Part shown: positions 46,480-58,689 of the stretch, in pieces | How positions within the stretch are numbered: the stretch's first letter is position 1 | How the letters are laid out: every line of letters starts with the position of its first letter | NCBI GenBank assembly: GCA_002104945.1 | Contig: MCFH01000001.1 | Span: 2,561,576 to 2,625,575 of the forward strand | Direction of reading: 5' to 3' | Length of the DNA stretch: 64,000 bases | DNA from: Piromyces finnis finn | Taxonomy: Eukaryota; Fungi; Neocallimastigomycota | Made by a program: the position numbers and the translations under genes | The notes under the pieces: generated by a model | What the model was told of the DNA's origin: nothing | What the model saw: the letters and a program-made list of their open reading frames with translations, nothing else | Database searches by the model: none

Positions 46480-49433
46480 GATAATTAATAGATTATTTAT
46501 TCAACACCATCCATCCATCATATTTACTGCAACAGTATCCTTCTTTACAGGTCCTGTTGTTTTTTCCACATCTATAGGATTGTGATTGGTGATGATGATC
46601 ATTTTTTTCGTGTTCATATTTATTACAAGTACCAAATTTAGATTGACAGCCTTGATCAATATCACAATAAGCTTTACTTTTACCACACCATCCAAATTAC
46701 TACAACAATATCCATCTTTACAATAACCATTACCTTTACTACATTTCCTTGATTGATATATTGGAGATGCCTTTTTAGTAATGACACTAGTAGTCTTAGT
46801 GATAGATGGAGTAGTAATAGTAGTTTTTCTTTTTATTGTAGTTGAAGAGATGATAGATGAAGAAGTAACAATAGATTTTTTATCATAGCATCTACCGAAT
46901 TCAAATTGACATCCCAAGTCGATTTTACAATGTTTATTGGTGATACCACACCATCCATATTTACTACAACATTTATTATTACCACAAGATCCGTAACCTT
47001 TTCCACATCTATAATCCTCTGGTTTTGTAATAGCTTCTTTTTTATCAGGATTTATTTCTTCTAATATTTTATCTTTGTCCTCTTCATTGTTGGATTTATC
47101 ATCTGATTTGCTATTGGAATTAATAGGATTATTTTTACATTTTTCACCATTATTTTCCTTTACAGAACTATTCACATAGATATTATTTAATTATTTATTA
47201 ATAATTATTTTTTTTATTTTTAATTGAATGAAATATTATAATTAAAATATAAAAAAACTTACACTCTATTTTTGAGATCTTCAGGGACAGGTGTTGAAAT
47301 ACAATTATAATCAAGGTTTCTAAAAAAAATTATTTTCATAAAGTTAAAAAAAAAAACAATTATTTTCCCAAATATATATATATATTTAATTATAGAATAT
47401 TTACAAAGCACAGTTTTTTAATTTTTTAATAAGTTTTTCATGGAGTTCGTTTAAATAGTTATTTTCTAGGTCAAGTTTCCATAAATCTCCAATATTAATT
47501 ATATCAATAGGAATAGATGTTATTTCATTATTATTTATGAAAAAATATTTTAAAATGTTAACAAGAATTTTTTTAATTAATCAATAAATTTTTCTTAAAC
47601 TTCTAATTATAATAAAATGCATACAATTTGTTAATATTAGTTAATTTTGTTATTTCAATTGGAATTTCAATAAGTTTATTATTATTATTTAATTCTCTAA
47701 TAAAGATATTAAAAATTTTTTATATTTTTTTAATATTTCTTTTATAATGAGATATATACAAACTATAAAGATTATGTATCTTTTCAATTACAGAAGGCAA
47801 TGGAGGGAGTTAATTGATTGTTGATTAAAATCCTAAAAAAAGAAAGATAGATTAAAAATAAAATTAATTTTGTTATTTTCATTTTATTTAAAAAAATTTT
47901 TTTATTATTTTAAAAATTACAATAATTCATTTTATAAAAAATTAAAGATTATTTTTTAAATGGTTCAATAGTATATAAATATTTAAAAACACGAAAGTTC
48001 TTTGAAGTTTTCAATTTCAACAGGAAGTTCAGTAATATTATTATTTTATAAATTCCAATAAAATATTTTTTAAAATATATTTTATATAATAATTGTTTTT
48101 ATATTCAAATAATATTTAAATATTCTCATAATTTTTATTCTATATTTACAAAAATGTAAGTTCTGTTATATTTCCAATTTCAGCAGGAATGGTAGTTAAT
48201 TTATTGTCACTCAGACCCCTATAAAATTTATTTTTAAAATAAATAAAAATTTTGAATGGAAAGTGATTTAGTTTACATTTTTTTATTTTCTTGATTTTAT
48301 ATTATTAATAGATATATAATAATTTTAATATATTTTAGAGATAAAACAATTTAATTAATATTGTTTTTTAATTCATCTAATAATAAAGTAATTCTTACAA
48401 GTATTCAAGCTGAATTAAATTTCCAATTTCAGTAGGTATGGTAGTTAATTTATTTCCATATAAATATCTATAAAAAATGTCTTTTCAAATATATTTCATA
48501 AATAAAAAAGATAATTATTTTATATAACATTTAAATTTCCATATTATTACATTTTATACGTACAAACTTTTAAGATTAATTAAATTTCCAATTTCAGTAG
48601 GAATACTAGTTAATTTATTATTATCTAAGCGCCTATATATATTTTATTTTTTAAAATAAATAAAATTTGAATCACATAATTTTTAAAGTTTTTTTTCTTT
48701 ATATTTTAATTATTATTAAATTTATAATAATCTTTTATATATCCTAGTCTTTAAAAGTCTTTTATATATATTTAATATATAAATTTCAAAAATATTAAGA
48801 ATTTTTTTTACATAATTTAATTACAATTAAAAACAATACTTACAATCTTTGAAAAATATTATCTTTTTTTTTACATAATTTAATGACAATTAAAAACAAT
48901 ACTTACAATCTTTCAAGTTTTGTCAAATTTCCAATTGAATCTGAGATTTTATTTATATTGTTATTCTTTAAAAAGTCTTTTATATATATTTAATAAATAA
49001 ACTTCAAAAATATTAAGAATTTTTTTTACATAATTTAATTACAATTAAAAACAATACTTACAATCTTTCAAGTTTTGTTAAATTTCTAATTGATTCAGGA
49101 ATGGAAGTTATTTAGGTATTATATAAATTCCTTTTTTTTTTTAAAAAAAGGAAAATATTATAATAAAACAATAAAATGGGTCTAATAACATTATTTCCTA
49201 ATTTTTAAATATAATAATTTAGTAAAAATATATATATTTATTTAAAAATAGTATCTATTATTCAATATCAATATTTTATAACATACAATTCTTCAGCTTT
49301 TCCATTACTATTGTCATTACAGCTGTCATATAATATACTTTTTTCCATTAATTTTTCATCAACTTCCTTACATGATAATCCATAAGATATTGAAATCAAT
49401 AAAAACAAATTTAAAAATATATTTCAATATCAT
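46480..49433 (-). pseudogene. Pseudogenised secreted LRR plus CBM18 protein gene, mostly one LRR per exon
   Basis: ATG at 49433 with a frameshifted signal peptide. Phase-2 exons include NLYNT*ITSIPESIRNLTKLERL, RLDNNKLTSIPTEIGNLINLKSL, YLYGNKLTTIPTEIGNLIQLEYL and GLSDNKLTTIPAEIGNITELTF. The last exon (47175-46500) has three CBM18 units, two of them frameshifted. Confidence 0.8.
48770..49075. repeat. Tandem duplication of LRR exon-intron modules
   Basis: TACATAATTTAAT(T/G)ACAATTAAAAACAATACTTACAATCTTT occurs three times; the flanking AAAAGTCTTTTATATATATTTAAT block occurs twice. Confidence 0.85.
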
Positions 49434-51119
49434 TTTATATTTTAATATTTAATTTTTTTAAGGAACTATCATAGATTTAAATATTATTTTTATTATTAAA
49501 ATTGTATTAAATTTATATTATTATTTAAAAGAAAAAGGTAATTTACTCTAAAAACGAGTAAAGAAAAAAGTGGACTTTTTCTCTTTTTTATTTATCAAAA
49601 AAAATTTAATTAAAAATTTTTTATTAATTAAATAGAAATTCTTTAATTAAATTTTATTGAAAAGAATTTCCTCTAATAATATATTTTAATATATAGATAT
49701 AATATATTATCTATATATTAACACATTATTTTTATTGAATTTGATAGGAAGTTTATTGAAAGTTTTTTGTAACCTTTTAACAGCAATTAAAATTGTAATT
49801 ATAACAAGAATTATAGCAGAAGTTATAATAAAAAGTGAATTTTACACTTGCATTATTATCTACTCAACTCTATATTAATTACTATTCATATAACATCAAT
49901 TATTATTATTATTATTATTAATAATATTATTATTTATATATTAAAATTTCATTTTTTTTTACTAATAGTCATTTAAAGATAAAATAAAATTTAATGATGT
50001 ATATTGAAATAACCAATAAGAATTGAGTATTATAATTTAAAACCTATAATAATAGATTATATGTTTTCATGAATTGTACTATCGGTGCATATTTAAACTT
50101 CAATCCCGTCAAATAAAGCACTTTTCTTTATTGTAAAAAAAATAAAACTATCAATAATATATATAACTATCTTTTATATTATTATTATTTTCAATGAAAA
50201 AAGTCATCTTTTTCGCAGCAATACATTATAATTATTATTATAAAAATAATGTAATGTATCAAATGTAATGTAATTAAAAGAATAATAAGTCATAATATAT
50301 TAACTAAATTAATTCTATTTTATTATATTATATAATAATATATTTATATAATATATTAAAATAAACTCAATATAATTTTATAATTTAATTTTCATTTTTT
50401 GGTTATTTTTAGTGGAAATAAAAAAATGATCAAGAATTTCTTTATTTACTTTTTTTTAAAAAGAAATTTCTTATACAAGTTTATTATCCTTATCATCACT
50501 ATTTTCATTATTGTATAATGAACAGAATTTGTTGAGAGAATGGTTATAATATTTTAAATTTGTGGTAAAAGAACATATAAAATAAATAATACAAACTATT
50601 GTTATGAATGATGGAAGATATTCAGGTGGAATGAAAATCAAGTTGAGCAACTTTTTTCTTTTATTTTTTTTATCAATTTTGATCAAAATATAATATATTA
50701 ATAATATATAATGCAAATTGGAAAATTATATTAAATATATTATTTTATATATATTACAAATAAATTATTATAATATTATAAAAATTTAAATTAAATATAA
50801 TAGATTTATAATATATTAAAAGTACAATTATATAATATATTAATTATATATTATGTATTTTACACTAAAAAATAAAAATTTTCAAAAAAAAATTTTTTTT
50901 TATTTTCTTTCCACTTTAGAAAAGATTGTTTTGTTTCTATAATAATAATAAAAGGTATAAAGCATTTTATATTCATTCTTATTTTATATTTAAAAAAAAA
51001 AAGATCATTTTTATGAATAATAAAAAAAATGATAATGAAGGAATATAATAAAATATAAGGATATAACAAAGTAATGATATAATTAAAAGAGCTTGAATTA
51101 TAATAACACATAATAATAA

Positions 51120-51330
<211 letters not shown>

Positions 51331-51416
51331 TAATAATGAGATATAATATATCATTAACTAATGAAGTCTTTTTTTTTTTTAGAAAAACAAAATATATTAA
51401 TCAGTAAAGAAAAAAA

Positions 51417-53051
51417 ATGTCAGAAAATAAAAATAATGCAAGTCTTGAAGAAAAACTAAACATTAAACGAATTATGAAAACTAATTCAATTCGTGATGCT
51501 ATCTTTCTATCTATAGCCATTTTTATTATTCTTCCAGGAGGTTTCTTTTTTATTTTAATTTCTTATAATTTATATAGAGAACGTAAAAATTTCATTAAAC
51601 AAAATCCAAGTGTAAGTAATAACAATTAGTTTTTTTTTTATTATTTATTAATAAAAAATAGAAAACATATTTAGTGAATTGAAACAAAAAACCAAACTTT
51701 AATAACATATATAAACTTCAATTTTATAAATAAAAAAAAAAGTTTGAATATACTCCAGAATTAAAAGACTTTTTACTTGGGATTATTTTCTTCTTTTTTC
51801 TTTACATTATTCGTTTTCTTTCAATTAAACATATTTTCCTTAAAAGTGCAGAAAAAACAATTGTTCAAATACCTTCAAAGGATTTAAGAAAAAAAAAAGT
51901 TGAAAAGGTACTTATTTTTATAAAGATTGTAAATTTTTTTATATTATTATATGAATTATATTTTACTATATAAAAATATTTTAAATAGGACCTTTTTTTT
52001 TGTTTTCTATTTCTTAATATATCATAAATTTTTATTTATATATCAATTGAAATTTTATTTATAAAAATATAATATCGAAAATAAACAATGCATAAAAAGG
52101 CTGCTATTGCTAGATTTAGATGTTTATGGTATATTATAATTACCATTGTTGGCTATTACTGTCTCAAGGATGAAGAATGGCTTCCAAAATCTTTAGGTGG
52201 TACTGCCCGTTCTTTAAAAGATTTAAATTTATTTTGGGAAGATCTTCCATATCAAGCACAAAATAAAAAAGTAATTTATTACTATATGATTCAATTTGGT
52301 TCTGCTTTATGTACATTTGTTCTTCAATTTAAAGAAAGTCGTAGTCGTAACAGTTAGTAAGTATTAAATAAAAATTTTTATTATATAATAGTAAAGGTAA
52401 AAAGAAAATGCTAAATATTTTCTTTTGTAAAATCAGAATATAAAATAAAAAAAAATTTATTAAATATTTAAAAAGTATTATTAATTTATTCTTCTATTTA
52501 AATTATATTTATTTATGATTAATATAATTAAAAATAGTGGTGAATTTCTTCTTCATGATATGGCTACATTAATGCTTTTAGTTATTAGTTTCTTGAATAA
52601 TTATATTCGTATGGGTGCTGTTGTTCTTTTTCTTCATGATATATCAGATATCTTTTCATATGGTTGTAAGATTTTTGTTGATACTGATCAAACCGTTCTT
52701 ACTTTTATAAATTATGTTTCCTTAATTATAACCTGGGTTTACACTCGTTTATACATTTTCCCATTCCAAGTTATTCTTCAATGCTTTACTAATAATATTT
52801 GGGCTCGTCCAGAACTTGTTGGTTACATAATTATCGCAATTTGCTTAATAACTCTTCTTATTCTTCACGTTTATTGGATTATTCTTCTCATTAATATCGG
52901 TATAAAATTCGTTTTTAATGGTGAATTTGATGATATACAAGATGCAGAAAAGGTTGAAGACTATTCTCAATCAAAATATTCTGAAAAAAGAACTATTGAC
53001 ATGAAAACTGAATCCTCAACAAAGTCTTCTCCTAATAAAAAGGATAATTAA
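51417..53051 (+). CDS. 4-exon Lag1/Lac1-family (TLC domain) ceramide-synthase-like ER protein, 376 aa; exons 51417-51611, 51743-51907, 52100-52356, 52538-53051
   Basis: GT-AG junctions total 1131 nt in frame. Lag1-like motif RSRNSYGEFLLHDMATLMLLVISF...GAVVLFLHDISD...K; C-terminal KKDN fits a KKxx ER-retrieval signal. Confidence 0.85.
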
Positions 53052-54122
53052 ATACAAAAAAAAAAAAAAAAAAAAAAAAAAAAACAAATATAAAAACTAA
53101 TAGTAGTAAAATAAAACCAAGAATATCTTATGATCTATTTTCTGATCCTATCTATCACTATTTATATATTTAACCATTGTTAAATTTTTCATTGAACCAT
53201 TCCTATTCAATTTTATATAATATATTTATTATTATTTAGTCAATATTTTATTTAAAAATAGATTTATAATAAAAGATAATTTACCTTTTACTTTACAATT
53301 ATTCTCGTTATATATATCAAAATTTTCTTTATAATTTTTAATAATAATCATCATCATCTTAAAAATAAAGTATTGTATTATTCATCTTTTCAATAGTTTA
53401 TAGATTTTTTATAAAGGTTTATTATTTTTTCTAGATTTTTTTTTTATTTATTTATTTAGATGCTATATACTTTATTTCATAAACAATTTCTTTTCTATTT
53501 AAAGATTTATTAGATAGTATAAATTAAAAATTATAATTCTTAAGTATTAAATAGAGTTTTTGTTTTCTCTTTACTAACATAGACTTTATTTTTGGGTAAC
53601 AAATATACAAAAACAATTATAAACCATTGTAACTTTTTTTTTTTTTATTACTTTTTATCCTTGTTGTTGTTGTTGAAATTCTAGGTGAGTCATCATCTCA
53701 CAGTGTCACTATTGAATTAATTCTTTTTAAATATTCATGTATTTTTTTTTTGTAATCTCTAACATTGACTTTATAATTGATGATTACCAAAATACATATA
53801 TATATATAAAAAAAAGAACCTTTTTTACTTTCTAATGATTTAATAAAAAAAAAAAAAGTATTTATTTTTTAAAGAAATTCTTTTTAATTTTCTCATATAT
53901 TAAATTATATTCTATTATATAGAGTATGATATATAATATTAAATCACATTGATGTATTCATAAAAATTTTTGATTCAAACTCATTGTAAATAATATATTA
54001 AAAAATTCCTTTTAAATTAGTTAATCTTATATTACAATATACTTTAATATATAGTTATTTTTTTTGTGATTAAAATTATTCTTTTAAAAGAATTCCTAAT
54101 ACGAGAAATTTTTAATTAAATA

Positions 54123-54208
54123 TAAAAATAATATATTATATTATATATTACATTATATATTATATTATATATTACATTATATATTATATTATATATTACA
54201 TTATATAT
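54123..54208 (+). repeat. 24-bp AT-rich minisatellite, ~3.5 units
   Basis: ATTATATATTATATTATATATTAC is repeated in tandem. Confidence 0.8.
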
Positions 54209-55727
54209 TTTTTTAAATAAAAAAAAAGCATCAAAAAATGAGTAACAAGAAAAGGTAACTTTAAAGAAATAAAAGAAAAAAAAAAAGACATTCAAAATAG
54301 TATTCCTTGCCATTTATTATTTTAAATACAAAAAAGAATTATAATTAGTATTGTCAGATCATTCAACTATTTAATTTTTAAATAATTAAATAGTAGGGAT
54401 GTAGTTTTACTTATAAAAAAAAACATAGTAATTAATAATGTATACATTATTAGTAAGATATAAATGTTATTCTATTTAAATTATTTGATGCCTATAAAAA
54501 TTGTTAGAAAATAAGAATAATTGGAATTTTTTGCTTGAAACATTGGACATAATATAATAATTCTTATAAAATAGAATCTTTGATAATAATAAAATAATTA
54601 TTGAGATTATAAATAGAAAGAAAGCCTAGATTATTGAAATCTAAATATTTATCAAATAAAATACAAGTTTTAATAATCCAAAATATATTTTTATATGAAA
54701 ATAAAAAAAAAAAACATAAAATATCATTTATAATATTATTTAATATTTATATTTTTAAAAGCTTAACAGGTCTTTCCTTAAAATTAAACCATCAAAATAA
54801 CTTTTCATTTGAATTGTCAAATTAAATTTGATATTATATAGTAAAATATAGTATGACAAAAAGATTAAACTCACTAAAATAGATCCTAATATTTAATAAT
54901 GAAAATTGGTTTATCAACTACATTTTAAAATTTAAGGTTTTGTTCTTATTTATATTCATATAAATTTTTAAAATGTTTCCTTTTTATTAATAAATATTAT
55001 TAATTATATAATGGCTATGAATAGGTTATTATTTTCTTTTCACTTCAATAAAACATTTAATACTTACTGTAATATATTTTAATACAGTTTAATTTAATGT
55101 AGTTTACAAAGTTTTTTATAATTAAAAAAAAAGTATTTAAACAACATTAAACCTTTTTATTATTAAACTTTTTAATTATTAAATTTAATTCAAAAAAAGT
55201 TTAATAATTTAAAAAAGTACTTTTTTTCTCAAATTTAATTTTAGATTATTATACAATGTATCATTAATCATCACTTAATAGTCAATTAATTGTATCCATT
55301 AATGCATGAATTAATTTTAAAGTTTTTACAAAAACTTTTTTTTTTAATTATAAATAAAAAACTTTATAAGCTAATTATTTTTTTTTTTTTAGTGGAAATA
55401 TTCTAAACATTTCTTTATTGTAGACTAAAAATATAAATGGATAAAAATATATATAAAATAGTTTTTTTTTAAAATGATACTATATATATATATTTTAATT
55501 ATTTCATATTTTGAAAATTACCACTTTTTTTATAAATACCTCAAAATTTTAAAAAAAGAAATTAAACTTTATTGTAATATTTATAATTTAATTTACATAT
55601 ATAATTGAATGATTAAATAATTATAAGAAAAAATATTGTTAATTTCATTTAATAAAAAAAAAAAGTATATTTATAATTTGTTTATGTACTGGATATAATA
55701 AACTATTATTGTATTATAAAAATTTAT

Positions 55728-57680
55728 TTATACAACTATTAAAAACAAGGTAACTATTATTAGTATAAAAAGATTAAAAGTAATATTTTTATTGTGATAA
55801 AAAATGGTACTACCAATCGACTGAGGAAGTGAATCCACTTCATCATAAGTAAATATAGAAGAAAATTTTGGTGTAGTATATCCTAATGAACCAACTTGAA
55901 TATCATCTAATGATTTTGGTATATCCATTGGATTATATTTAAGTAGGTATTTTACTTTATAACGAATATAAGTTTTTATTGGCATCGGTGATGTTAATAA
56001 ATTTTTTACATCAGTAACACAAAATAGGAAAAAATCAATATTATTAAGCTTTCCGGTTTTACCATTGAGATTCATTCTAGGCAGTAATAAATCCCATTGG
56101 ACGTCATTATAAATCATTTGAATTAACGATTCTATGTAGGCGTAAAGAACAGGGGTATTAAATGCTGTTTTAATGGTGTCATAAATAATAGTTTCAATCC
56201 TCCTGGAATATTCGTTGTAATCAATTTCTAATAATTTTGTTAATGGTTGACGTATTACCTCTATTTCAGTATTATAGGCGGATTGATTATAAAAATTACC
56301 TTTAATTTGTTTAGCAAATCCATCCGAACCAAAAGTAAAATGAAAATCTGTACTAATAAAATACCAACGATAATCTTTTTTTTCTTTATTAGCACTCTTA
56401 TACATATAATAATTACTCGCCCAAAAAAGATAATTATCAACTCCTTGACATAAATAGTCCAATACAAGACTACGTAAAAACGAATCGACATGAAAAATTT
56501 TTTTTTCAAAAAAAGCTATATTGTACTTTGTTAGTTCATCTATTTTTTTAAAAAATGGAAGTAATTGATCCTTTTTAGCTTTTTCTTCATAATCTTCAAT
56601 TGCAATATCCTTTTCTTTACAAAAACTACTTTTTTTTAATTCATAGGCTTTATATTTCATATCAGTAACATCAACATCATTACCATAATATATCATATTA
56701 CCCACACTAGTCATTACATTGTCAACTTTGAATAATAAGGCATCATCTTTCTTTTTAATTTCATTTCCATTATTTAGAACTTCTTTCATAAAATTATAAC
56801 TAGAAATATGATCGACCAAAGTAAACAAACCAATACTTTTTTTATTAATAATTAATCGGGTAAAGGTACATCCTTGAGTTGGTATTCCCATTGCATCGGC
56901 TAAACTATATACTAATTTTTCGCGAATATAAGTTGGATCTGATTGATTGGCTCTTAATTTTATTGCTTTTCTTTTATATAGTCCCCTCCCATTTTCATCT
57001 TCAATATCAGTGATTTTATAACTCAATTTACGATTGGTAATAGACCGATCACCACTGAGGTTAAAGGATACTTTTTGAAATACCTTGACTACATAGGGTG
57101 ATATGTAAATCATTTGAGCTTTTAAATCTTTATAATCTTTTGATGGATAATTGTGATACTTTTCAAGATTATCATAATTTTGTTGGTTAAATTGAAGTAC
57201 AATTGTTGAAACAAACCGATCATCAAAAAGCTCGGAAGGCTCAGTGTAATTAAATCGCTCATAAACCCTAGGAATGTATTTATGGTTGTAAAAATCATAT
57301 CTATTATTAAATACATGATTATAGGTTGAACTTTGAGAAATATTAAAAAAATGTTGCCTTTCAAATATTTCTTCTTCTATCAGTTTGGTTTTACTTCCTT
57401 TTTCATAAACACTAAAGTGATATTCAATATTTTCTTTATCCGTCAAAAAGTCTTTTGTCATCGTAAAAATATATAGAGGATAAAAATCAATTTCCATTAA
57501 ATATTTTTTCCCCTCGTACACTAAATATACATCAATTTCTTCTTCTGTAAATGCAAGTACCTTAAATAAAAATTCATTCTCATTTTTTAAACTTCGTTGC
57601 TTTAATCTAGAATGAAAAGAATAGGCATTAGTAATGAGCAAAAAAACCCATAAAATAATATATTTGTTATAAAAATTCAT
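55728..57680 (-). CDS. CotH-family secreted kinase with a C-terminal hydrophobic tail (probable GPI signal or TM anchor), 650 aa
   Basis: Signal peptide; LSGDRS, KLRANQSDPTYIREK, GLFTLVD, GVDNYLFWASNYYMY, WYFISTDFHFTFG; terminal LFILIIVTLFLIVV. Confidence 0.9.
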   Translation of the reverse strand: MNFYNKYIILWVFLLITNAYSFHSRLKQRSLKNENEFLFKVLAFTEEEIDVYLVYEGKKYLMEIDFYPLYIFTMTKDFLTDKENIEYHFSVYEKGSKTKLIEEEIFERQHFFNISQSSTYNHVFNNRYDFYNHKYIPRVYERFNYTEPSELFDDRFVSTIVLQFNQQNYDNLEKYHNYPSKDYKDLKAQMIYISPYVVKVFQKVSFNLSGDRSITNRKLSYKITDIEDENGRGLYKRKAIKLRANQSDPTYIREKLVYSLADAMGIPTQGCTFTRLIINKKSIGLFTLVDHISSYNFMKEVLNNGNEIKKKDDALLFKVDNVMTSVGNMIYYGNDVDVTDMKYKAYELKKSSFCKEKDIAIEDYEEKAKKDQLLPFFKKIDELTKYNIAFFEKKIFHVDSFLRSLVLDYLCQGVDNYLFWASNYYMYKSANKEKKDYRWYFISTDFHFTFGSDGFAKQIKGNFYNQSAYNTEIEVIRQPLTKLLEIDYNEYSRRIETIIYDTIKTAFNTPVLYAYIESLIQMIYNDVQWDLLLPRMNLNGKTGKLNNIDFFLFCVTDVKNLLTSPMPIKTYIRYKVKYLLKYNPMDIPKSLDDIQVGSLGYTTPKFSSIFTYDEVDSLPQSIGSTIFYHNKNITFNLFILIIVTLFLIVV

Positions 57681-58689
57681 TTTGTAATTGTTTTTTAAAA
57701 AATTATTATAAATATTGTATTGTTAAAGAGTAAATCTTTCATTATATAAATCTATTGAGAAAATTTTGTTATATATATTTCTTTATTTTAATTAAGAAAC
57801 ATAAATATATATTAAAAAATTTTTTTTATTATTATTATTTAATTTTATTAATACAAATAAAAAATAATCTTAGTATTAACATAAGGCTGCAATTATGTTA
57901 ATACAAATAAAAAATAAATTGTTAATTAAGATGTTGATATTTATATTTGTTAATTTAATGGCTATGTAAAGTTTGATATAAAACTTTATCTTATATTTAA
58001 TTTTATTTTAAAATTTGAATTTGGTGGGTCGATTAATTAATAAATAATATTTTATAATAAAATGATTTTTATTGTTAATATATTATAAAAAAAAAAACAT
58101 TTTATGTAATATTTTGTTTTATATAATATTAAATTCTTTTTTTTTTTTTTTAACAAACTCAAAATCATTTAAAAAGAATTACTTTTTGATATATTTAAAT
58201 TAAGGTATTTATTGGGATCAATTTAATATATACTACTAATTTGTATCCATTCTTGAATCTATTGGAAATTTATTTGATAAAATTAACTGTATATACTTTA
58301 AATCTCATAATAAAATAAAAATAAATAACTTTACTTAATATTAATAATATTATTAAAAACATTAAAGAAATATAAATATAGTTCATAATTTAAAAAAAAA
58401 AAAAACTTAACTTATATTTAAATTTTTTTTTTTAATTAGTATTTAAAATTTTTTAAATTTAAAAAATATAGTTTATATAAAGAAGAAAAATCTTTTTTTT
58501 TTTTTAATAAGAAAGTTTATTTTTTTTTTTCATTTAAAATTTATAATATATAATAAATATAGTAATAAAATAATCTTATATATATTATAGAAATTTTGAT
58601 TTTTTTTTTTACTCTTTTTGCCATTAGATATTCAATTATTAAATCTTAGATAAAAAAAAATTTTTGTGTTAATAAAGATAAAAAAAATC

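Noticed and set aside
49700-50716. Possible degraded multi-exon membrane gene on the minus strand
   Set aside because: Coding-like patches exist, but no consistent splice path or family could be established.
53640-54313. Signal-peptide-like ORF (MARNTILNVFF...) and a downstream coding-like patch
   Set aside because: Interrupted by a minisatellite and stops; no recognisable domain.
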